From positions 5,287 through 69,286 of the IMG/VR virus record IMGVR_UViG_3300005512_000020: a stretch of DNA of 64,000 bases. The stretch is one strand, 5' to 3'. A model generated the notes under the pieces. The model did no database searches. It was not told the origin of the DNA and worked only from the letters and a program-made list of their open reading frames with translations. This document shows positions 45,689-54,376 of this stretch, in pieces; the first letter of the stretch is position 1; each line of letters opens with the position of its first letter. Source of the stretch: a virus (lineage: Duplodnaviria > Caudoviricetes). The position numbers and the translations under genes were made by a program.

Positions 45689-46483
45689 TCAGTAAGGGAG
45701 ACCTAAATGCTTGAGGATAGGAGTAATTTTGGATTGCTTGCTATCTCGCCCAACGGCAGGAAGCTCATTCTGAATCAACCCCCAAGGCATGTGTTCTGTG
45801 GCAAGGCTTTTCCCTTCATAGCACTGACCAGCGATAAAACGTTCCGTCACTTGATCGGGAAGCACTACTTCCCTCCTGCAAATAAGAGCATGAGAATCAT
45901 CCCCGTAACCAAGCTCATCATCAACAGGGCAAACGTGCATGCCTAGCTGCTCACACCACATGCTCATCGTGTTATACGGTTGGATGTTGCTGTGATAGTC
46001 TTGAATCTCGAATACTTGAAAAGGGGTAGGGAAATTGTATATGCGTCTACGCGCATATAGTGTCCAGAATCCCGCAATAATCCACCCATCAGCGATGTGC
46101 TTTTGGATTGGGACGTAGAAGTTACTGGTTAGATACCAGTGTGCTTGGCGAATACCTGGCGCTTCATGGCTTAGGCATGGATCACCTGCGTTAGTGAGGA
46201 CATGTATCTGTCCGCGAAGCTTCACAAGGACAACAATGTGTGCATCCAATCTAGGAATCCTGACCCACTCATATTCATCGACCACATCATAGAGCTCTTC
46301 CGGGTAAATGTCGTTGCGTTTTGGTGGATCAATGATGAGTTTATTTATCAGCGGCGACTTGCCCTCCGCTGCCATCACTGTTGCCAGGTTGAGTTGACCC
46401 CTTCTCTTCTTCGCTTCCTGAAAGTATGCTTCGTTGATCTTCACGTGTAATTCTCCTTTGTTCGGCAACAGATTCAAGATCAT
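45689..46483 (-). CDS. RNA-ligase-fold protein with degenerate catalytic motifs
   Basis: IPRLDAHIVVLVKLRGQIHVLTNAG in place of EKLDG motif I. IIAGFW in place of GEW. PFQVFEI. Confidence 0.55.
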   Translation of the reverse strand: MILNLLPNKGELHVKINEAYFQEAKKRRGQLNLATVMAAEGKSPLINKLIIDPPKRNDIYPEELYDVVDEYEWVRIPRLDAHIVVLVKLRGQIHVLTNAGDPCLSHEAPGIRQAHWYLTSNFYVPIQKHIADGWIIAGFWTLYARRRIYNFPTPFQVFEIQDYHSNIQPYNTMSMWCEQLGMHVCPVDDELGYGDDSHALICRREVVLPDQVTERFIAGQCYEGKSLATEHMPWGLIQNELPAVGRDSKQSKITPILKHLGLPY

Positions 46484-46754
46484 CGGAATGCACTAAGATC
46501 CAGAACCCTTCTTTATTCTTTTCATGAAGGCAGACTACCGGAATCTTATCCTCCAGCACTGCCAGCTTCTTAGTTCCTCTCCATAACGAGACCGCCGTGT
46601 GCCTGACTCGATGCTTAGCCTCAACGAATATACGGCTATGCAAACTGTCTGACCGTGTGTGACCTGAATTGCCACCAGACAAAGGCGTGCGGACTGACCC
46701 GAAGAAGGATGCGATCCGTCGCTCAACTTGCTTCCACGTCTTTGTTGGCGGCAT
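46341..46754 (-). CDS. Holliday junction resolvase-like PD-(D/E)xK nuclease
   Basis: WKQVERRIASFFG...SDSL...FVEAKHR. Likely start MPPTK. Confidence 0.68.
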   Translation of the reverse strand: MPPTKTWKQVERRIASFFGSVRTPLSGGNSGHTRSDSLHSRIFVEAKHRVRHTAVSLWRGTKKLAVLEDKIPVVCLHEKNKEGFWILVHSDDLESVAEQRRITREDQRSILSGSEEEKGSTQPGNSDGSGGQVAADK

Positions 46755-46758
46755 ACGA

Positions 46759-47079
46759 TTAGAGGGAGTTAAGGTCTTCCGATATTTCCCGCAGGTGTGC
46801 GGCAAACATATTGCGTTGACCTTGGTGGGCGTGTAAGTGAGCAGCCTCAATCATTCCTTCAAGATTTCTCACCTTATAGTCGATGTGCGATAGTCGTTGA
46901 CGAAGTGCTGCAATGTAGAACATCTGATCGATCACTTCCTTGCCAGCCTCTTCCAGAAGCCCGTCTTTTTCCCAAAGGTTACCTGAGTGTTCAGCTTGAC
47001 CCGCTCGGTATTTCTCTTCCGCCTTGCCGACGAACTCGGTCAAGGCGCCCTTCATGCTTTGCTCTTGCTCGGGTGTCAT
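46759..47079 (-). CDS. Hypothetical protein, possible all-alpha NTP pyrophosphatase fold
   Basis: EKY...LLEEAGKEVIDQMFY. Confidence 0.55.
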   Translation of the reverse strand: MTPEQEQSMKGALTEFVGKAEEKYRAGQAEHSGNLWEKDGLLEEAGKEVIDQMFYIAALRQRLSHIDYKVRNLEGMIEAAHLHAHQGQRNMFAAHLREISEDLNSL

Positions 47080-47080
47080 G

Positions 47081-47755
47081 TTACAGGATTCCGGTTAAGC
47101 GCATTTTGTTACCGATAGCCAAAGTGAGTTGAAGATCATTCTCAAGATACGCGATTGCCTCATCCCTGTTCTCGCGCCAGACTTCAGCGTAGAACTTGCC
47201 TGTTCCGTCCTTGTCTCCAACACCCAAAGCAACAGCCATCTTCTGAAGGCTCACTTTCTTGCGCTTGCGCTCGTAAGATCCGTAGCATGCCTCGATGCAA
47301 AGATCCCGGAATTGCTTACCGCCTGACCCGTAACTTCCCCCAGTGTAAAAAGCAGGGGGAACGCGAAGGCTGTGGAAGACTGCTCGACCCACAAGGAACG
47401 GGATATCAAAGTCGTTCGTATTCCAGCCAATGAATGTGGCGTTGGTGTGGTGAGTCTCAATGAACTGAAAGAATCGCATGATGTCATCCTTCTCGTCTTC
47501 CAGTGTTTTCTCTTTGTCTCCGCGAGAGAAAATGTCAGTGGTCTTCTCAGACTTAACACCAATGCCGTAAACCATCCCGGTCTCTGGTGCGAGTGCAGCG
47601 TTGCCGACCCATTTGCGTTGCTGCTCATCGATGTTTGCGGCGATCTTGTCAGGATCTTTCCACGTGGATGGTGCTTTAAATTTCGGAATGATGGGTAAAA
47701 GAAATTCGTCGTGTGCGGGTCCAGTCTCAATGTCGTATGCGTAGAGGTCGCTCAT
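47081..47755 (-). CDS. 3'-5' exonuclease (DEDD, PolB-exonuclease-like)
   Basis: YDIET, GWNTNDFDIPFL, YLENDL. Confidence 0.85.
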   Translation of the reverse strand: MSDLYAYDIETGPAHDEFLLPIIPKFKAPSTWKDPDKIAANIDEQQRKWVGNAALAPETGMVYGIGVKSEKTTDIFSRGDKEKTLEDEKDDIMRFFQFIETHHTNATFIGWNTNDFDIPFLVGRAVFHSLRVPPAFYTGGSYGSGGKQFRDLCIEACYGSYERKRKKVSLQKMAVALGVGDKDGTGKFYAEVWRENRDEAIAYLENDLQLTLAIGNKMRLTGIL

Positions 47756-47786
47756 AATTATATCCGTTGTGATTGGTTGTTTGTGG

Positions 47787-47831
47787 AAAAAATGGGGGCA
47801 GTAGCGAACAAAGGAAATCTACTGCCCCCAT
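47787..47831 (-). terminator. Intrinsic terminator after ssb
   Basis: 13-bp ATGGGGGCAGTAG/CTACTGCCCCCAT followed by a T-tract on the minus strand. Confidence 0.7.
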
Positions 47832-47867
47832 GTGTGGGTTGATCAGGCGAAAGGAGGAAACACCTGA

Positions 47868-48299
47868 TCAAAAGGGAACGTCATCATCGTCGGCTGGACC
47901 CGATGCGTATTGTGGTGCGGGAGCTTGGGCTTGCCCAACTTGAGGTGGGTTCTGCCCCTCTTCGCGGGGCTTCCAGTCTATGGGGTTTAGCTTGCCGATC
48001 TTGATGGATATCTTAGATCGCTTCTGCCCTGTCTGCTTATCATCCCATTGCTCCAGGTTGAGTTCGCCAGACAGCGACACTCGCTGACCCTTGAAACAGT
48101 GTCTCCCCGTGAACTCCGCCAATGGGCCGAAGCCGACAGCATCGACGAAAACTGTCTTCTCGATTCGCTGACCATCCTTGGAGTAGGAGTTGTCCACAGC
48201 TAACCCAAGGTTAGCGATGCCTGTGCCGCTTGGGGCGTGTCTAATTTCGGGATCACGTGTGAGTCTGCCCGTTAGTATGACTTGATTTAAGTCGCTCAT
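47868..48299 (-). CDS. ssb: Single-stranded DNA-binding protein
   Basis: NQVILTGRLTRDPE...WDDKQTGQKRSK...DDDVPF. Confidence 0.96.
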   Translation of the reverse strand: MSDLNQVILTGRLTRDPEIRHAPSGTGIANLGLAVDNSYSKDGQRIEKTVFVDAVGFGPLAEFTGRHCFKGQRVSLSGELNLEQWDDKQTGQKRSKISIKIGKLNPIDWKPREEGQNPPQVGQAQAPAPQYASGPADDDDVPF

Positions 48300-48348
48300 A
48301 ATTTATGTAGTATAACGTAATAGAAGTATTATTTGTCGATAAAAAAAA

Positions 48349-49299
48349 TCACGCCGCTGCAAGTTTCTTCTCGATACCCTCGACGGCGGTGCGTGCCATG
48401 TCCTCAGACAGATCCACCCATCCAGAAATGTTGAACCGCTTGAAGATTTGTTGTTCCGTAATGCCAGTCTTCGACATCAGCTCGCGCAGCTTATCGGTTG
48501 CAGGTTGGCATGCTGGTGGAGTTGAAGCCTCCGCTGCCTGTGCAGTAGGGGGTGTCTGCGTTGCTGATGCCGGTGAAGACTGAATAGGTCCGTCACTGGT
48601 GAGCCAATTGCGGATCTCCTTCCCGATATCTTCAGTGATATGCGGGTGAATGATGCGGTCTTGAGGAAACAGCCCCGTGCGGTCCTTAGTGGATACGGCT
48701 GAGTTCGTGTTGCTCACGTCAAGGATGACCGTAAACTCATACTCCGCGCCATCACGGAACACTGGGGCCATGCCTACCCGACGAGGAGCGGATTTCCCTC
48801 GGTCGTTCTGCTCGATCACGTATTCCTGCTTGGAGCGCAAGCATACGATCACGTGGATACGGGCCTGAAGGATTGCGTCCACAGCTTTTTTAAACTTCTC
48901 GCCAGCTGTGCGCCAGTTGGTGAAGCTGTTGGTCGCGCCCCGGTTTGTATTGTCCAGCTTGTCCTTGTAATCCAAGACGCCCTCCCACAGGTGGGAACCG
49001 GAGTCAAGAATGACGCATTCGTATCCCGCCTTCTGCGCTTCCAGGACTGCATACACGAACTTCTCCGACTCAAACGGAGGCTGAATATCAAGCGCATCAA
49101 ACTGAAACCTGTCAGAATACAGGGATGCACTGTTGTTTTCCGTGTCAATGACAGCGATCTTGCCGCTTTCCAGTGGAGCCTCATTAACGAGACCTTTAGC
49201 CAGACGTAATGCGCTCATGGTTTTGCCAGACCCGCTGGCACCCGTAACGCATAGCTTGATATGCGTTGCTTGTTTCGTTGCTTTTTTAAATAGTGACAT
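48349..49299 (-). CDS. Sak4-like (AAA_24) single-strand annealing ATPase
   Basis: GASGSGKT, VIDTEN, VILDSGSHLW, adjacent to ssb. Confidence 0.8.
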   Translation of the reverse strand: MSLFKKATKQATHIKLCVTGASGSGKTMSALRLAKGLVNEAPLESGKIAVIDTENNSASLYSDRFQFDALDIQPPFESEKFVYAVLEAQKAGYECVILDSGSHLWEGVLDYKDKLDNTNRGATNSFTNWRTAGEKFKKAVDAILQARIHVIVCLRSKQEYVIEQNDRGKSAPRRVGMAPVFRDGAEYEFTVILDVSNTNSAVSTKDRTGLFPQDRIIHPHITEDIGKEIRNWLTSDGPIQSSPASATQTPPTAQAAEASTPPACQPATDKLRELMSKTGITEQQIFKRFNISGWVDLSEDMARTAVEGIEKKLAAA

Positions 49300-49332
49300 G
49301 TGTATGTGTCTTCCTTTCCGTGTGTTGCTTAC

Positions 49333-49488
49333 TTATTGCTCTTTACTGGTTTCACCAAACAAGGCAATGCATGAATTGATGAATGAATCAATGTCTGTGT
49401 GTTCTGACGCTTCCTCGATGAGTGCGCGTGTCTCCGGTGATGGAGTGAAGTGGATGATGGAGGTTTGGGCTTCAACGTGACTGTCCAT
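49333..49488 (-). CDS. 51-aa ribbon-helix-helix-like protein (absent from the ORF track)
   Basis: AAGGA RBS. MDSHVEAQTSIIHFTPSPETRALIEEASEHTDIDSFINSCIALFGETSKEQ. Confidence 0.6.
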   Translation of the reverse strand: MDSHVEAQTSIIHFTPSPETRALIEEASEHTDIDSFINSCIALFGETSKEQ

Positions 49489-49540
49489 TTTGTTCCTTTC
49501 TTTAAGCTTGGTTTATGTCCGAACGGATAATCTACCTATT

Positions 49541-49569
49541 AGGGTATGCTAACCATATTATTTATGCAA
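49541..49569 (-). promoter_or_regulatory. Leftward promoter (replication operon)
   Basis: TTGCAT-N17-TACCCT. Confidence 0.5.
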
Positions 49570-49620
49570 GGTTTTTCTTTTATTGTTTACGGCCTAAGCT
49601 TGGTTGCAGTAAGTCTTGGT

Positions 49621-49649
49621 TTGACTTTGTTGGTTACTCGGCCTATGGT
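49621..49649 (+). promoter_or_regulatory. Rightward promoter (RHH-integrase operon)
   Basis: TTGACT-N17-TATGGT. Confidence 0.65.
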
Positions 49650-49726
49650 ATTACTGATCGATGCAGGTATTATGCAACCCTAAAAAGGAAAGGGGGGGGG
49701 TGAAAATAAACAACAAAGGAAACGAA

Positions 49727-50002
49727 ATGAAAGAGACAAGCAAAGTAACCAAACAAGAAAAAGAGAAACCGTATGTGACATCATTTCGGGTGGCCCCCGA
49801 GAACTCGTCACTGATCGCCAACGCCAAAGCACTCGGGTTTAATGCGGGTGAGTTCATCAATGAAGCCATCATGATGCATGGCCCTCATTTATTAAAGAAG
49901 CTGAAGACACAATCCAAGCGCAGGATTGAGATGGTTGAATTCATCGAGGCACGCAATAGCGTGGTCAGTAAAGAGATTGAGAAGATGAAGGCAGCAAAGT
50001 GA
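49727..50002 (+). CDS. Ribbon-helix-helix-like regulator
   Basis: AAGGA RBS. YVTSFRVAPENSSLIANAKALGFNAGEFINEAIMMHG. Coupled to the integrase. Confidence 0.62.
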   Translation: MKETSKVTKQEKEKPYVTSFRVAPENSSLIANAKALGFNAGEFINEAIMMHGPHLLKKLKTQSKRRIEMVEFIEARNSVVSKEIEKMKAAK

Positions 50003-51089
50003 GCTATGCCTCACTGGGGCGCAATCTCTACAGGAGAGGTAAGACGTTCTACTTCAGGGATCAATCCAAGCGTCAAAGAGAATGGATACGATTACAAGCA
50101 TCCACAACGAGCGAAGCACGCAGAGAGGTCGCTCAACATGTATCAATCTCAGCATGCCCTCCACAAGAACCAACGGTTCACGATGTCTTAAAGTTTTACC
50201 TCGACCACAATTGCCCCAAGCGTAACGAGCAACCCAGGTCGAGTAGGCAGTTAGACATGGAGATCCAACGGGTTTCCACCCTCTCAAAATTCTTCATTCA
50301 TTACCCATCATCACAAGTTAATCACTCAACTCTACGCGCATACCGCGAATGGAGAGGGCAGACACGTGCATGCGAGCTTGATATCGCCACACTTGCTGCC
50401 GCATTCAGGTGGGCCTATCGGAACCCCGACATGACAGGGCTTTACGACAACCCAATGCCACATGATAGGCCGAGGTTTGCGAAACCCAAGACACATTGCA
50501 GGGATAGGCAACCATTAAACGCTGATCACTTGCACGCCATTGCTCGATCAATGATGTCAGATCCGCGATCAGGGTGTATGGGTTGGATGGTTCTGTTTCT
50601 TGCGCTCACCGGACTTCGTAGGGACAAGGCCAGGTTCTTTCAGTGGGGAGCGTCCAGCCATAATCCAGGTCACAATGATGGTGAATGCATATGGGTTGGA
50701 GTGAGCGAGACACACAAGGGAGTGTTCCCGTTCATCCGGTTTCATGATGCACTTTTATTATGGTGGAACGCCTTCGTTGAGTGGCGAAAACAGGAGAATC
50801 TTGCTAGTCCATGGTATTTCCCTAGCCCAAGGAACCCATCGTTACCCGTCTCAAGGGACGGACTGGGCCAGGCTATGCGTCGAACATGCAAGCAGCTTGG
50901 CATCCGGTCATGCTCACCTCACGGCCTCCGGTCATACTACGTCAACGTGCTCCGGTCCAACGGAGTCATGGATTCTGAGATTGCTTTACGCATCGGCCAC
51001 CGATCTGGAGGGAGATTGATAGTTGATGTTTACGGGGAGGTGCTGCCTCATTCTATTTCATTCATGCCTGACAGTCATCCAGCCTGGAG

Positions 51090-51355
<266 letters not shown>

Positions 51356-51365
51356 CAGCAAGAAT

Positions 51366-52985
51366 CTACCTTTGGTAATCAACCTTGGATGGGCTGACTT
51401 TACCTTGTGACGGTATGGCGAGCGGGTTGATAGTGGACAGCTTGATCATTGGGTATGTAAGGCTGTCGAACACGTGGAGATGCTTGCAACGCTTCGGGTG
51501 GAACCGTGCGTCAGGATCGTATTCACCTTTCGGGGATTTGCTTTCAAGGAACATCAACATGTCGATTGTCTTGGGGCATGTTGCAGATATGATAATCTCT
51601 TCCGATGTCAGCACATCCAGAAGGATGCGGACACGCGACATCACTGACCCCTTGCCCTTCGGTGCTGCCTTCATCCTGATTCTTCCACCGGATAAATGCT
51701 CGACGGTCTGGTGATCTAGGCTTCCGTCCGGCCTTAGCTGGTTGAATGCTGAGTCATCGGATATGTGCTCAAAGTGAAATGAATGTTTACATCGCTCGTC
51801 CCAGTAATCCATTCGCTTGAGAAGCTGAGGCACAATCCTCGCGTATGAGTAGCGCTTCTCAACAAAGTTAAGCTCATCAAATACCAACCACATGTGCCTG
51901 TCTGCGCCCACTAAATACTGCATCATGTGGATACTGCTGTGTGCGGGACCAAGGTCATACCCAACCAGGATAGGGAAGTCTGTGGACGGTAAAAGACCTG
52001 TGCCTTTGAGCATGTTTCCCAAGACGTGGATCTCTTTAGAGAATGATGAACCAAAGATCGCTTCACCTGATGGGGCATCAATCCATTCACCTCGCAGCAT
52101 TCGGGCTTCCTCAATCGGGTCACCCTTAACCGCTGCCATGACGTTGTCATAGTATCCGTCCGGTAGGTTCTGAATGTTCTCCTTGATCGGGAAGAAGTAT
52201 TCAGCGTAATCATCGTTCCACTCTCCTGTTTCCTCGTCAACAGGATGGATAAAGAAAGTCTTGTATAGCCAGTGACTTGGGCCGTCAGGGTTGCAACAAA
52301 ACAAAGCTTGCTGCGGACCTTTGGCAAACGGGTGACGCCCTATCTGTTGGATCAGATACTTGAAGACATCGTTGGTCTTGAAGTTCTGCGCCTCATCCAC
52401 CACCGCAAATGATGGTTCGTAACCTTTGACACGTGACTCAATCTTCCCGTCAACAGGCAGAGATATGAACACGATACGGCTATGAGTTCCGAACCTGTTG
52501 GCAACCCACACGAATTGCTTGCGTGTCACTGGGTCCATCTTGGGGACTGAATACTCCAGGCCAACCCCGCACACAACAGATCCATCAGTGTGCCTTAGTG
52601 TCGGACTGCCCTCTGGTGGTGCTCCCCATTCAGGAAGGATCAACTCATTAAGCTTGAACCATGTCCCACCCTCAATAGCTTGGCCTGATGTCTGAGTAAT
52701 GATGACAACAATCGCTCGGTCATTGTTGAACGCATGCTCCACCGCCTCATGCATTGCCCCGATGGACTTGCCGGAACCACGCGGACCATGGTAGAGCTTG
52801 AACTTGGCACTGCGGTTGCGGTATGCCTTGGCCTGGATAGGTTTGTTTAACCTGGGAGTCCAACCGTCATCAAGCAGTTGGGCAGTGCGGTCATGATCCT
52901 TGAAGTCGGGCGCACTATCGTTCAGCCTTAACTCTTCAAGCAACGCCTCGGTTGCGTGACTTACATTTGACCCAATGTTACCCAC
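51366..52985 (-). CDS. terL: Terminase large subunit
   Basis: GPRGSGKS Walker A, VVDEA Walker B, FCCNP, GYDLG and HVFDSLTY nuclease motifs. Confidence 0.92.
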   Translation of the reverse strand: MGNIGSNVSHATEALLEELRLNDSAPDFKDHDRTAQLLDDGWTPRLNKPIQAKAYRNRSAKFKLYHGPRGSGKSIGAMHEAVEHAFNNDRAIVVIITQTSGQAIEGGTWFKLNELILPEWGAPPEGSPTLRHTDGSVVCGVGLEYSVPKMDPVTRKQFVWVANRFGTHSRIVFISLPVDGKIESRVKGYEPSFAVVDEAQNFKTNDVFKYLIQQIGRHPFAKGPQQALFCCNPDGPSHWLYKTFFIHPVDEETGEWNDDYAEYFFPIKENIQNLPDGYYDNVMAAVKGDPIEEARMLRGEWIDAPSGEAIFGSSFSKEIHVLGNMLKGTGLLPSTDFPILVGYDLGPAHSSIHMMQYLVGADRHMWLVFDELNFVEKRYSYARIVPQLLKRMDYWDERCKHSFHFEHISDDSAFNQLRPDGSLDHQTVEHLSGGRIRMKAAPKGKGSVMSRVRILLDVLTSEEIIISATCPKTIDMLMFLESKSPKGEYDPDARFHPKRCKHLHVFDSLTYPMIKLSTINPLAIPSQGKVSPSKVDYQR

Positions 52986-52988
52986 AGG

Positions 52989-53285
52989 TTATTGATTAAC
53001 ACCCTCAAGCGGAAACTCGCCGCCATCATGGTTGCTTTTTTTTGTAAGAATGCCAGACGCAATGGACTCCATGATTTTATCAAGTGTCTTCTGGCAGTCA
53101 GAAAGCATGGACTTTAGAGCGATGATCTCGACTGGGCTTTGGTGGACGTTGACAACCAGCATGGGCATGCCTGTCTCCGCATCGAAGCCTACAGCGGCGA
53201 ACGTGTCGAGATGTTCGGAGAGTATAGCTCGCACCGTCTCACCTGTTTGCTGGAAATAATTACCTTGGTTTGGATTGATCATCAT
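52989..53285 (-). CDS. Hypothetical protein
   Basis: 98 aa between the terS candidate and terL. Confidence 0.6.
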   Translation of the reverse strand: MMINPNQGNYFQQTGETVRAILSEHLDTFAAVGFDAETGMPMLVVNVHQSPVEIIALKSMLSDCQKTLDKIMESIASGILTKKSNHDGGEFPLEGVNQ

Positions 53286-53989
53286 GTCTTGTTGCTCCTG
53301 CCTTTCTTCTTGCGATCAGCTTGTTTCACCACTGCCTGAACCAGTGCGGACTTGTGGATCACCTCGTTGACGCGAACAGTAGTCTCTTTGTTTTGCGCCA
53401 TGATCCGGTGAATCCTCTCAATCTCACCGAGTATCGCAGCACGTTGCGCTGATCCGACTGGAGCCTCTTCAGCCTTGTTCTCCAGCTCTTTGACCGCCAT
53501 CTCAAACGCAGGTTTAAGCTGCTCCGACTCCTTGATGTTAGACAGGAAGGTATGAACCAAACCTCCATGCATCAGCTGCAACCCTGACTTGAAGTGGTTG
53601 TCAGCCATGGAGTGCAGTTCTTTGGCGATGTTCACAACGGAATCATCCCAACCGAGTCGGGTAAGCGAGGAAGCGAACTGCTCGTTTTCCTCCTTCATCT
53701 TCTGAACCATTGCTGCCTGTTCCGTGATATCCAGGTCGCCAGTTGGATGAATAAACACAGGCTCACCGTCACCTACGAACTCTGACTTCCGATGGATGGT
53801 GTCCGTGTCGTTAGGAATATCCCCGGCAGACTGCTTGCCCCACCTGGTATTCAGTTGGTCGCATCCCTCAATGGTTCGCTTAAGCTTTTTAGAGGGCCAC
53901 CCCATAAGGACAGCGGCGCCAGCCGTATGGCCATTGCATTCCTCCATGGCTTTGTGAATGTTCTTGATTTGTTCGTCCGTGAGTGCCAT
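53282..53989 (-). CDS. Terminase small subunit candidate
   Basis: N-terminal Fis-like HTH (AMEECNGHTAGAAVLMGW), coiled coil, upstream of terL. Confidence 0.5.
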   Translation of the reverse strand: MALTDEQIKNIHKAMEECNGHTAGAAVLMGWPSKKLKRTIEGCDQLNTRWGKQSAGDIPNDTDTIHRKSEFVGDGEPVFIHPTGDLDITEQAAMVQKMKEENEQFASSLTRLGWDDSVVNIAKELHSMADNHFKSGLQLMHGGLVHTFLSNIKESEQLKPAFEMAVKELENKAEEAPVGSAQRAAILGEIERIHRIMAQNKETTVRVNEVIHKSALVQAVVKQADRKKKGRSNKT

Positions 53990-53998
53990 AGTTTCTGA

Positions 53999-54376
53999 AT
54001 GTTACACTATGTGTTGCGTCACATTCTGGCAATAAGAATCTTCGGTTTCAAGCTGATAAGATTTGTTGAGTTTGGGAAGGTGTTCGTGTCTGAAGTTGGT
54101 CCTGCCGCTTGGCCTAATCGCGCATGGATCATTGGGAAGATAGTCGTCGCCTTGCTTCGAGCAAAGCGTCAACCAAAAGAAGTGTATCAAAGAAGGCTGA
54201 TGGGAGGGTGCCGTAACTGCGTGATCTACAACAGGCAGACCAAGCAATGCGGATCAAGTGATGAGGATAAGTTGGGGTGTGGCTGTTACATGCCATTCAA
54301 GGCAGCACTGGCCGATACCCCTGAAGATGGGTGTTGGTTTGAGCGGGAAACAGGAACCAAGATGTGGTCACAGTGA
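53999..54376 (+). CDS. Hypothetical protein with Cys cluster (DUF6171-like)
   Basis: YQRRL..CRNC...KQC...CGCYMPFKA...CW. True start probably downstream of 53999. Confidence 0.6.
   Translation: MLHYVLRHILAIRIFGFKLIRFVEFGKVFVSEVGPAAWPNRAWIIGKIVVALLRAKRQPKEVYQRRLMGGCRNCVIYNRQTKQCGSSDEDKLGCGCYMPFKAALADTPEDGCWFERETGTKMWSQ
54001..54022. promoter_or_regulatory. 22-bp operator between divergent genes
   Basis: GTTAC ACTA TGTG TTGC GTCAC. Confidence 0.68.

Noticed and set aside
47081-47755. Phage DNA polymerase
   Set aside because: Only a stand-alone 3'-5' exonuclease is present. No polymerase or primase domain was seen in the window.
49633-49654. Operator-like GTTAC-N12-ATTAC (and GTAAC-N12-CTTAC at 51142)
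   Set aside because: One half-site is broken and the inner RCWA/TWGY bases do not match, so chance is likely.
53990-54376. Invertible segment flipped by the second recombinase
   Set aside because: No matching inverted repeats found at both ends by eye.
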